A stretch of DNA of 64,000 nucleotides, taken from the NCBI GenBank assembly GCA_012295275.1, contig CM022678.1, positions 3,658,001 through 3,722,000 of the forward strand, given 5' to 3'. The notes beneath the pieces were generated by a model, which made no database searches, was not told the origin of the DNA, and saw only the letters and a program-made list of their open reading frames with translations. Source of the stretch: Chrysomallon squamiferum (lineage: Eukaryota > Animalia > Mollusca). This document shows, one piece after another, positions 51,836 to 64,000 of the stretch (positions within the stretch are counted from its first letter, which is position 1; the number at the start of each line of letters is the position of its first letter). The translations under genes and the position numbers were made by a program.

Positions 51836-54800
51836 TGTGTGGATTCAATATGTGATGTGGAATATATATTAATACTTGTGTGCATACGTAGGTACGAATA
51901 TGTATAAATATAAACTTGTGTGCTTATGTTCGTTTGTGTTGTGTACGTATGCGTTATTTACGTATCTTTTTAAACATGTATGTCTGCATGTTTTCTATGT
52001 ATGTGTGTCTGTGTGTTGCCGTGTCTGCGTGTTTGAGTATATTTTTATTCTTTAGTTTCTGTTGCTAGTTCTGTTACAATTGCTACTATTTACTGTTGTA
52101 GATTTTTGTACACCAACGAGATAAAAGTAAAATCTGACAGTGTTATGCGATTGTTGTATCTGGCCAAGAAATACAGCACCGGAACCCTCGAAGATATCTG
52201 CTGTAAATACTTAGAAACATCCCTGACTGCACAAAATGCCTGCACGATACTGGAACAGGCCAAGTTTTTCAGCGAAAAAGAACTGGAAAAGAGAGCGATG
52301 GACTGCATCTTGAAGAAAGGTAAGGAAGCTGTGAAAAGTTCAGACTTTTTCAATTTGTCGCAGTCGTCACTTCTGGAAGTTGTGAAAAATGATGATCTTC
52401 AAGTTGAAGAGGAGGACGTGTTCAACGCCGTGTTTGAATGGGCGAAGAATCGGTGTCAGAAGGACAACGTGGATGTGAATACCGAGTCTTTAAGAAAAGT
52501 ACTTGGAGACGTCGTCCAGCAAATTCGTTTTCCATTGATGGACAGAGAATTTTTTGTTAAAACTGTTGGACCGAGTCGTATGCTCACTGACAAGGAACAG
52601 TTGTTGATTCACAACCATCTTACTTGTAAAGATCTTCCCGTGATATATATATACACATACCAGAACGTACACAGATATATACACACACCAGTACGTACAC
52701 AGATATATACACACACCAGTACGTACACAGATATATACACATACCAGAACGTACACAGATATATACACACACCAGTACGTACACAGATATATATATACAC
52801 ATACCAGAACGTACACAGATATATACACACACCAGTACGTACACATATATATATATATACATACCAGAACGTACACAGATATATATATATACACATACCA
52901 GACACAGATATACACACACCAGTACGTACACAGATATACACACACCAGTACGTACACAAATATATACACACACCAGTACGTACACAAATATATACACATA
53001 CCAGCACGTACACAGATATATACACACCACCACGTACACAGATATATACATACACATACCAGAACGTACACAGATATATACACATACCAGAACGTACACA
53101 GATATATACACATACCAGAACGTACACAGATATATACACACACCAGTACGTACACAAATATAAACACATACCAGCACGTACAGAGATATATACACATACC
53201 AGTACGTACACACATACCAGATATATATACACATACCAGAACGTACACAGATATATACACATACCAGTACATACAGAGATATATACACATACCAGTACAT
53301 ACAGAGATATATACACATACCAGTACGTACACAGATATATACACATACCAGTACGTACACAGATATATACACATACCAATACGTACACAGATATATACAC
53401 ATACCAGTACGTACACAGATATATATACACATACCAGTACATACACAGATATATTCACATACCAGTACATACACAGATATATTCACATACCAGTACATAC
53501 ACAGATATATTCACATACCAGTACATACACAGATATATTCACATACCAGTACATACACAGATATATTCACATACCAGTACATACACAGATATATTCACAT
53601 ACCAGTACATACACAGATATATTCACATACCAGTACATACACAGATATATTCACATACCAGTACATACACAGATATATTCACACACCAGTACATACACAG
53701 ATATATACACACACCAGCACGTACACAGATATATACACACACCAGCACGTACACAGATATATACACACACCAGCACGTACACAGATATATACACACACCA
53801 GCAAGTACACAGATATATTCACACACACACCAGCACGTACACAGATATATACACATACCAGCACGTACACAGATATATACACATACCAGCACGTACACAG
53901 ATATATATACACACGTACCAGCACGTACACAGATATATACACACACCAGTACGTACACAGATATATATATATACACATACCAGCACGTACACAGATATAT
54001 ACACACACCAGTACGTACACAGATATATACACATACCAGCACGTACACAGATATATACACATACCAGCACGTACACAGATATATACACATACCAGTACGT
54101 ACACAGATATATATATATACACATACCAGCACGTACACAGATATATACACACACCAGTACGTACACAGATATATACACATACCAGCACGTACACAGATAT
54201 ATACACATACCAGCACGTACACAGATATATACACATACCAGCAAGTACACAGATATATACACACACCAGCACGTACACAGATATATACACATACCAGCAC
54301 GTACACAGATATATACACATACCAGCACGTACACAGATATATACACATACCAGCACGTACACAGATATATACACACACACACCAGTACGTACACAGATAT
54401 ATATATATACACATACCAGCACGTACACAGATATATACACACACCAGTACGTACACAGATATATACACATACCAGCACGTACACAGATATATACACATAC
54501 CAGCACGTACACAGATATATACACATACCAGTACGTACACAGATATATATATATATATACACATACCAGCACGTACACAGATATATACACACACCAGTAC
54601 GTACACAGATATATACACATACCAGCACGTACACAGATATATACACATACCAGCACGTACACAGATATATACACATACCAGCACGTACACAGATATATAC
54701 ACACACCAGCACGTACACAGATATATATATATACACATACCAGAACGTACACAGATATATTCACATACCAGTACGTACACAGATATATATATATATACAC

Positions 54801-55039
54801 ATACCAGAACGTACACAGATATATTCACATACCAGTACGTACACAGATATATATATATACACATACCAGAACGTACAAGATATATTCACATACCAGCACG
54901 TACACAGATATATATATATACACATACCAGAACGTACAAGATATATTCACATACCAGTACATACAACCATATGGACATACTAGTAGATGCATACATATAT
55001 GCACATACTAGCATATCCACAGATATATACACATACTAG
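51204..55039 (+). CDS. BTB-BACK copy C; zinc-finger tail replaced by minisatellite-encoded ~800 aa (or a pseudogene)
   Basis: Exons 51204-51538 and 52102-55039. Homology to copies A/B stops at ..TCKDLPV (52641), and the frame stays open through the repeat. Confidence 0.65.
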
Positions 55040-55520
55040 TACATACCCACATATAAACACATACTGGTACATACACAGATATATACATATACTAGTACAT
55101 CCACACATATATACACATATTAGTACATACACAGATATATACATTTACTAGTATATATACAGATATATACACATACTAGTACATATACAGATATATACAC
55201 ATACTAGTACATACAGATATATAGACACATACTAGTACATACACATATATACACATACTAGTACATACAGATATATTGACACATACTAGTACATATGCAG
55301 ATATATAGACACATACTAGTACATACACACATATATACACATACTAGTACATATACAGATATATATACACATACTAGTACATACAGATATATAGACACAT
55401 ACTAGTACATATACAGATATATAGACACATACTAGTACATACACACATATAAACACATACTAGTCCATACACAGATATATACACATACCAGTACGTACAC
55501 ACAGATACACATACTAGTAC
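52642..55520 (+). repeat. ~28-bp minisatellite (ataccagcacgtacacagatatatacac), ~2.9 kb
   Basis: Directly visible. It has blocks of variant units, and a TAG-containing variant occurs from ~54980 onward. Confidence 0.97.
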
Positions 55521-56354
55521 ATAGACACATATAAACACATTCTAGCACATCCACAGACATATACAGACAGAAAGTACGTAAACAGGTATATACACATACT
55601 CTTACATATAAGACATAACACCACATATGTATGAAATGGATGTTCGTGTTTAATACATACATTGCCACACATCTGCAAAAATACATACACATCTGCAAAA
55701 ATACATACATACAAAAATACATGCATGCATACCCACAAATATGCATGAACACACACATACATGCATGCATACACACATATATATATACTTACATACATGC
55801 ATACGGTAGAGCGTGTATTTGTTAAATTCATTTTATAACAAAGTATTTGCTAAGCAGATCATATAACACTATTTTTTTAAGTCTATTTTCTTTGAAACTT
55901 GTTTCTGCGTGTCTTTATGTCTGTTCGTGTGCTTTTTACGGAATATTAGCATTCTTTGCAATTAATCTGATTAGCTAGCGTAACAAAAGTTTCATCTATT
56001 TGTTTATTATATTATGAAACAGAATGAGTTCTCATAAATCACTAACGTATTTATTTGTATACTTAGTTCATAAGAGGACTGAAACTGATCAGTGATTGTA
56101 TGTTTTCAAGTCTGTCGTAGAGAACAAATAAAAACTGTTGTTTATTTGTAGGATTAGCCCTTTTATACAATTAACAAAATAAAATAATTATGACAACCAT
56201 GTTCAAGGTATTAACAAGGATTAAAGTCTTTAAACAAGAAATAAACTATAGAAACCACCAATGAACTGAACTATCAGCTTGTTCCTCACAACTCATATAT
56301 AACATACTAATTAAATATGATACACAAACACGTTTTAAAGCTTGCGTCTTTCAG

Positions 56355-57481
56355 TCATTTATTACTTAGCAAAGTTGTCCAGTTAACTGGGTCTTCGATT
56401 GGCGGAAAGAAAAAGTGGGTGGGAACAAACCAATTAATTAGCCAATAGTTTCCAAACACGCTTCGGAATTTCTCGCCAGTTGTTCTCCTGTCAAGGAATC
56501 TGGTTCTTTTCGTCTTCAAATTGTTTTCAAACGTAGTTATCCCCCTTGTTATCAGATAAATATGTTCGGTGAGAAATTTTGCACTGAGAAGAACGCAGTA
56601 GAAATGTAGTGACGTAATAGAGACGTAAACGGCAACAGTCAGTGACGTATAGCCCATGATACAGCGGACAAGAGCAGAGAGAGCAAAAGTGTCGACGTAA
56701 TTCATGGAAGACCAAAGAATTTGATGGATGAAGACGAGAAGATGGAGAAAGCAGTAACTGCTTCCCATCAGCGTCCAGAAACAAAATATGACGAAGTATC
56801 TATGGTTTCTCCAGCCGATGCACGAGCCTGAGAAATAACAGTGATGATCTCGTTTTAAGACACACACTTTACAGACAGGACAGTGATGACACCGCGGAGG
56901 CATGACGTCATTACATACACAGCAGAAACCGTGCAGCCAGTGCGACCCAGAATCGAAACTTTTGTGCGATTTTTCCGAATCAGTGTCGTCCACGTGATCC
57001 TGAATTTGAACTGAGAAATGTACTTTTGAATTACGCGGAATGTTAATATTAGAAACAGCTTCTTTCGAAATTCCAGTTCTCGCAACCCTTTTGACTGCTG
57101 AATTTCTTCCAAAGATGGATGAATACGGTAACGAGGCTCTTTCACGGAGAAGATTTTTACACGAGGAGTCGACAAAACGAACGCCACACCAGGAAATAAA
57201 AATCTGAAAGAGGAGAAACGTTCCAATGTACACTGGCATTTTCTCCTCCCCGTACAAAACAGGCGCCACCTCCGTCACTCCGTAATACCACGTGACCAAT
57301 GACGTTGTAAGCAGAAGAGGTACAGGAAGCGGAAGTTTCGCCATATATTGCGTCCAGGCTTCAACTCGGTCGTGGAATTTCTTTGATTTGTGTCTGTAGT
57401 GACTCTTCAGTTTCGCTGACAAACTTGTGTTCTCCAAGTGATTTGAGTTTTCTGAGTGAATAACTAGGCTGGGTTTTCCAT
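56355..57481 (-). CDS. DHHC palmitoyltransferase (ZDHHC22/24-like), copy C
   Basis: Same DHHC-CRD as copy B with a 6-codon in-frame deletion in the cytosolic loop. First in-frame Met is at 57344, and an out-of-frame ATG lies at 57481. Confidence 0.9.
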
Positions 57482-57603
57482 ATCTAAAAACAAAAAGAAA
57501 CAAAAATACATGAATAGAATGTACATGGGACTGGAATCATGTTTTAACATATTATTGTCATATACAATACTTTTTGCTTGTACATATATTTTTACCTATA
57601 CTG

Positions 57604-57655
<52 letters not shown>

Positions 57656-58142
57656 CACATACATATATATATACACACACATGCAAACATACATAGATAC
57701 ATACATACATACATACATACATACATACATACACACTACATACACACACACACACACACACATATATGTATAAATTTATGTATATATTCAGTATATTATC
57801 AAATAGATGTGAAAATTCGTATCCACTTACCAGGTAGAGACATATTTTCATCTATTCAGCTTGTACGTTATTTTGCACGGTTTATAAACTGTACATGGGA
57901 TAGATTCGCTATAAAGAATTACATATTCAAGAATAAAAAACCAGTCAGGTGTTTCCACTGCTTCAAGTAAACTTAGATTTATCAAGTGAATTTACCTTTC
58001 ACCTGCTTCAGTAATCCTACCTTTAACAATGCACAAATATAAAGGCGCGGTCACACCGCACAATATATGCGGATAGTTTCTGGATTGGTAATAATATAAA
58101 TACTATCTGACACTGTGATTATATATATGCACATGTTTGTTT

Positions 58143-58229
<87 letters not shown>

Positions 58230-59184
58230 GTAATATTAGAACAGTACATACGTAAACAATATTTGTAATATGTAAACTAAATGTATTGGATGTCCAAATA
58301 AACTTTGGTAAATAAATATTTAATATTTATTTGTTTGGTGTTGCTTTTTACTAATTAATATAAAACCAAACATACTGTTACGAGCAATCGCCCTCTGTTA
58401 GCGCACCTTTACACTTACAATGATCAATGAACGGATTTGGCTTTAACCTTATTCCCTGGCAAACTACCAAATCAGTGAGAACAGGCTAAAGTTTATTAAT
58501 ATATATATATATATATATATAGTGATGATGAAGATAATTATAATAATATTAAGAAGAATGCCATTAGTGATGAATATGATGATGATAATAAAGATAATGA
58601 TAATAATAACTTTTAAAAGTATATTTACTCATTTATTCAAACAGTAATATGGATTACGTGGTTGGATATCAATAATGTTACATTGTGGCATCCAGCAATG
58701 CATATTATACATACATACAAACAGAGATACGTACATACACACGTACACACACACTCATGCACCAAATATATTCTCGCAGGTATTTAATGCACCATTACAC
58801 ACTCTGGCACACACGGGCACCCTTTACTAAAGAACAGACAGACATACGTTAATATACGCCATGAAGATACAGACAGATATGAAATTATATATATATATAT
58901 GGACAAGTGTAATTCAGATGAAAACGTTCTGAATGAAAAAACAAATAAAAAATAAATAACGTAAAATAAATAAATACATTAATAAATAAATAAATAAATA
59001 AGTAACTAAATAAATAAAAGAAGATAAACAAAGTAAATAAAATAAAATAAAATAAATAAGTAAATAAAAGAAGAGAAATAAATAAAGTAAATAGAAACAA
59101 AAAAGAAGAAGAAAGAGACAGAGAGAAAGAAAAAATGGTGACATAAAAATATTTAAAAAAAATATCGTTTGTTAGCACAGCTCA

Positions 59185-60512
59185 TCAAAGTCTGGAAATT
59201 GTGAATATTTCTTCATCCTCGTCGTTGTTGCGTTTGTAACTCTTTACTTTCAAATCCGAGTCGTCTGTTCGACTTTCTAAGTATCTGGCGACGATGTAAG
59301 CGATAACGTAGAAGGACAAACCAACGAATCTAAAACCACACTCCAAACCCTTCAACCAGTACCGCAGACTGGGCAGGTCGTACAGCTGACACGCGCCTCG
59401 ATTGCCGCACGTGCTCTTCCAAATGAGGCACGTGCCGTCGATGACGTAACCGAAGAGAATGGGCGCTGGTAAGAAACCTGGAGACAGAATAGCAATAAAT
59501 AAGTTTTTGTAAGATATATGTTTTGATGGCTGAGAGTAACACTACTGATCAACTGTAATAAAGCGAGATGCATGATTGTCTTTAGTTTTCTAGGATAAGT
59601 ATTAATATTATTGTACATACCAAGAAGTGAAATGAGAAATGAAAACAGCGCCATTGCCATTGTTTTGTCCTTATCGGGCACGCTCCTGTGAATATAAGAA
59701 CATCGACTTATAATTCAGAACATTTAGTCTTGTATATATTTTATATTCTTCTAAGTTATCTTTGGCGATAAATTGTTATTTATAAATATAACAATCTTGG
59801 GTGAATACTCTCATTCTCTTCATTTTCCTGACGTCATTTCTCATTGAAAAATGACGTCATGAAAAAATGAAGCAAACCGCAGTCATAGCTATATTTATAT
59901 AGAATTTCACTTAATCGTTAAAGGAACACTTTAAACTGAGCGTCATCTGTGGTAAGATAATTTGAGTTATCTCCGCGTTTACCTCATAAGTGTGACGTAG
60001 ACTGGCATCACGCTCATTGTTCCAATGAGACCGCTGAGCAGGTCACCAGTGACGTAATAATACAAGTAGGGACAGTCAGGTTCGCAGAGCCCGGCCGTGG
60101 CAGTTCCTCCTGGAATTACGGAGCACCCTCCAAAATTCTGAAATAAACAAAACGCACAGAAATCAGGGATAGAAGAGATATATCATACAGCTGACTGGAA
60201 TCTTTCCTGCTGTGACATCATTGTACGTACAAAATGACGGCATAAGAACTTAACATTTTATTTTTTTATATTTTCCTCTGTTATTTAATTTACAAAAGTG
60301 TACCTACTTTGGAGGTATTATATTGTTTGTGCTAAATCTGTGTTAATAATATAATAGTAGAACAAATAATTACAAAGAAAGATTTTACTCCGTACCTTTC
60401 AATATACGTTATCACTAAAATTTAAACCTCAGATCATATCTTGAATACAAACTAAATTGAACTGAAGAAAATAAACATCTCAAAAAGCATTAACAACAGC
60501 AAGAACAATACC

Positions 60513-60590
<78 letters not shown>

Positions 60591-60860
60591 GATAATAATA
60601 ATAATAATAATAATATAAAAAATAACCACGTGACCTACAGATTTTGTTTGATTGGTGCATCCAGCGACACATGGCGAGTAATACACGTTGTTGTCTTCTC
60701 CACAGATGGGTAGAAATTTGCTCGAGTCACACACGCAGTCTGTGAGCCCAGTGTCAGTGAGAGGCCTGCGTAAATAAAGGAATAAAACTGAGTACGTTAT
60801 AACACAGACGACAATTTACCTACGTCATGACGTCATTAAAATATGACATGACAGCGGAAT

Positions 60861-60946
<86 letters not shown>

Positions 60947-61420
60947 GTTGGTCTCTGTTTCTCTATATGTCTCTCTTTTTGTCTCCTTTTTTTTTCTTTT
61001 TTTTATGCTTGTATAGAAAATATGTAATCGATGGTTACCTGTTTGCTTCATATCCATAAATTACTGGATTTTCGCAACCAAACAAGAAATCCAGCGAATT
61101 AATGGCCGTCGATAGACTGATGTTGATAAGTATGTACCGCAGACATCCTATACGAGTGAGTTTCAGTCTACTGGTGACAAGTCCGCCCATAAAGGTGCCG
61201 ATCGTTGTACCAATTAGTCGCTGAAGTCCTGAATAGAGAAATATCAAATTAATCGAAATACGTCGAGAAAATAATAAATTGAATACAGAAGAATAAGAAG
61301 CCCACAAAATAATAAACAAACAACATCGCTCCCCCAAATATAATAATAAAACAACAACAACAAAAACAACAAGAAAATAAATAAATAAATAATAAAAAAT
61401 AAAATAAAATAAAATAAATA

Positions 61421-61451
<31 letters not shown>

Positions 61452-61621
61452 AATAAATAAATAAATAACTAAGTAATAAATAAAAAAATAAATAAATAAT
61501 AAAAAATAAAATGAAATAAAATAAAATTAAATTAAATAAAACAAATAAATTAAATAACAAAAAAAAAAAAAAAAAAAAAAAAAAAATAAAATAAAATAAA
61601 ATAAAATAAAATAAAATAAAA

Positions 61622-61656
<35 letters not shown>

Positions 61657-62045
61657 CTGAACACCCTCGTCAAAGAACAACCAACCTCTGCTGTACGATG
61701 TCAAAAATCAAAAAAAAAAAAAAAAACCAAAAAAAAACCCCACAAAACATACTCATATAAACTTAAAATAAACACAAAACCCTAAATACTTTTTCATAAT
61801 CACAAAATTCCGATTAAAACACCAGAAGCAAAATAATTTTTCTTCTCAAAACAAAGAGATTTAAAACGATACAGACCTAGGATGATATTAGTTTTGTATC
61901 CTGGGATTGTAAACTGGTGCTCTACGTATTTGGGACCGAAAGACACAGAACCAGCCACACTGAAAATGACGCTGACTATTCCACACAGAACTAGACTGTA
62001 CACAGGACATTTGACCACCCGATACAGGGACTTGGGCAAGTCTGA

Positions 62046-62095
<50 letters not shown>

Positions 62096-62615
62096 CGATT
62101 ATGATGACGACGATATCAACGATAAAAGAACAATCAAAATAATATTAATAATGCTGGAGATGGTGATACAAGTACAATTAACATTAAAATTTACAAGAAG
62201 AATAAGAACAAAACAGCAGTAATAATAATAATACTAATGATAATAATAATAGTGATGATGATGATGATGACGAAAGTTATGATGATGATTACAATTAAAA
62301 ATAACAGGAAGAAGAAAAAAGCAAGAAGAACTAGACTACTATTACTGCTACTATGACTACTAAAACAACAACTATTACTATTATTAATACTACTACTACT
62401 ACTGCTAATAACTGTAGTTGTAATAGTAATTATAAGAATAATAACAACAGCAATAGTCGTAGTAGCAGAATGGTAGGACGAGTGGAAACTATTACTGATA
62501 TACTAGTAGTAGCAGTATAGACAGCAGGAAGGGAAAAAAGATATCTGTGTGTTTGTTTTTGTGTGTGTACGTGCGTGTGTTTGTGTCTAAACAACACTAA
62601 ACTCATTATAAACAA

Positions 62616-62663
<48 letters not shown>

Positions 62664-64000
62664 CTGCAACAAAACCAACCAACCTTTGATCTTCTGATAC
62701 AAAGACAGATTGTCGTTTTCTATGACTGTTTCGTTTTCTTTTACACTGAGAGACGTAGACTTGAGACGTCGAGGAAAGAAGAGGAGTGGAATAGCAAAGA
62801 GAATCCCAGCCAATCCGAAAATGAGAAATCCCAGCCACCAAGCTCCTATCCATTTGGGATGTCTGGGATTCAGGTTAGTCGCTGGGAGAAAACAAACGAA
62901 AAAGATGACATCGAAATATATAAAAAAATATTACGTTTTTTTTTGTTCAATATCGTATTATTGAACAAAATAAACATTCAAGTATCACTGCTATATATAT
63001 ATTATTTCTTTCTTTTTTCTATCTTTCCTTTTCATTTCGTTATTTTTTTTTATATCTCATCTTATTTATTTATTTATTTATTTTGTTTGTAAAATTACTC
63101 AGTCTTTTAAAGATCGCTTATTTATCACTTCTGGTCAGTTTCGTCCCAACAAGAGTTACCTACCTTTGAGATCTACCGGAAGTTTTCGAAAGAGACCTCC
63201 TAATGCTATGGAAAGCGAAGGACCAAACAGATTCATTGTGGAAATAATACCTGAAAGTAAATAAATAAAAACAGGTTCATTGTGAAAATAATACCTGAAA
63301 GTAAATAAATAAAAACATTTAAATTCATAAATAGATAAAGCATCCGCTGTAGTGCATTATTAATTCATAATTGTGCAAATCAAGTTCTAGTTCAGAAAAA
63401 ATCTTGAAACATTTGTTTATCTGAATTTATTATTATCATCATCATTATTAGTATGTTGTTGTTAATAATAATAATAACAGTGATAAAATACTGTTAATAA
63501 TAAAAATAGTTACGATACTAGTAATAATAATGAAGGTGATAATAATAATATAATAGTAACAATAGTAGTAATAATAGTAGTAATAGTATTAATAGTAATA
63601 GATGTAATAGTAGTAATAGTCGTAGCAATAGTAATAGTAATCGCTGTAGTCGTAGTAGTAGCAGTAGTAGTAGTAATACTAATAACAACAACAATAAGAA
63701 TAATAATAAAAAAGCGGTAAAAAAAAAAAAAAAAAAAAAAACGTACCGATATAAAAACTAGTTTTTGCCTTGTTCGACGTGTTGTCATCGACAAACACCG
63801 TGGAAAGTGGTGTCCTGGGGGCTTTGGCGATTCCCTGGATGACCAGACTAGCTCCGAGGAGGTAGACAACCCAGCTGAGACCCTTGCTGTCGTCTGCTCG
63901 CTCAGCGCCCGAGCATGCGTCAGCGGAGACATCAGCACCGTCACGACAGAGCACGTCATAGTCGAACCCGCGCGCGTTGCCGCTGACGTTTCCGGAAGCC
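59185..64000 (-). CDS. SLCO/OATP organic anion transporter, 3' nine exons (5' end outside window)
   Basis: Phase-consistent exons 63747-64000, 63164-63250, 62684-62881, 61877-62041, 61039-61228, 60639-60765, 59983-60137, 59621-59685 and 59185-59477. Motifs PKWIGAWWLGF, Kazal-like CVCDSSKFLPICGEDNNVYYSPCVAGC, and PAPILFGYVIDGTCLIWKSTCGNRGACQLYD. Confidence 0.93.

Noticed and set aside
52642-55520. CRISPR-like array or meaningful antisense ORFs (VYICV repeats)
   Set aside because: Units are contiguous with no unique spacers and no cas genes, in a eukaryotic context. Minus-strand ORFs arise because the unit lacks stops.
59185-59196. SRL as a peroxisomal PTS1 signal
   Set aside because: PTS1 targets soluble matrix proteins, and this is a multi-pass membrane transporter.

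Overview
This is AT-rich, intron-containing animal DNA. The gene families and repeats suggest an invertebrate, probably a mollusc (inference). The window is a rearranged, tandemly duplicated cluster. It holds a BTB-BACK-PHR gene plus broken paralogs, a decayed ankyrin-repeat gene end, and a spliced STAND (nSTAND3-like) NTPase gene that runs into a 200-N gap. Three copies of a segment carry a BTB-BACK gene and a convergent DHHC palmitoyltransferase, and the 3' part of an SLCO/OATP transporter closes the window. Tigger, Gypsy and SINE remnants and many tandem repeats are also present. Four signals stand out. (1) Hand-splicing the small upstream exons of the STAND gene gives an N-terminal RHIM/cRHIM-like motif (TVTNSRNVVFG), i.e. 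a candidate amyloid-signalling NLR-like receptor. (2) The BTB-BACK copies carry a RanBP2/NZF-type finger plus a zinc ribbon with a hypervariable loop instead of PHR. (3) In one copy that tail is replaced in frame by about 800 aa encoded by a 28-bp minisatellite. (4) A shared upstream block with ISRE/IRF-like motifs precedes both the STAND gene and the BTB genes. All alignments were done by eye with no database searches, and several lesions could be assembly errors.
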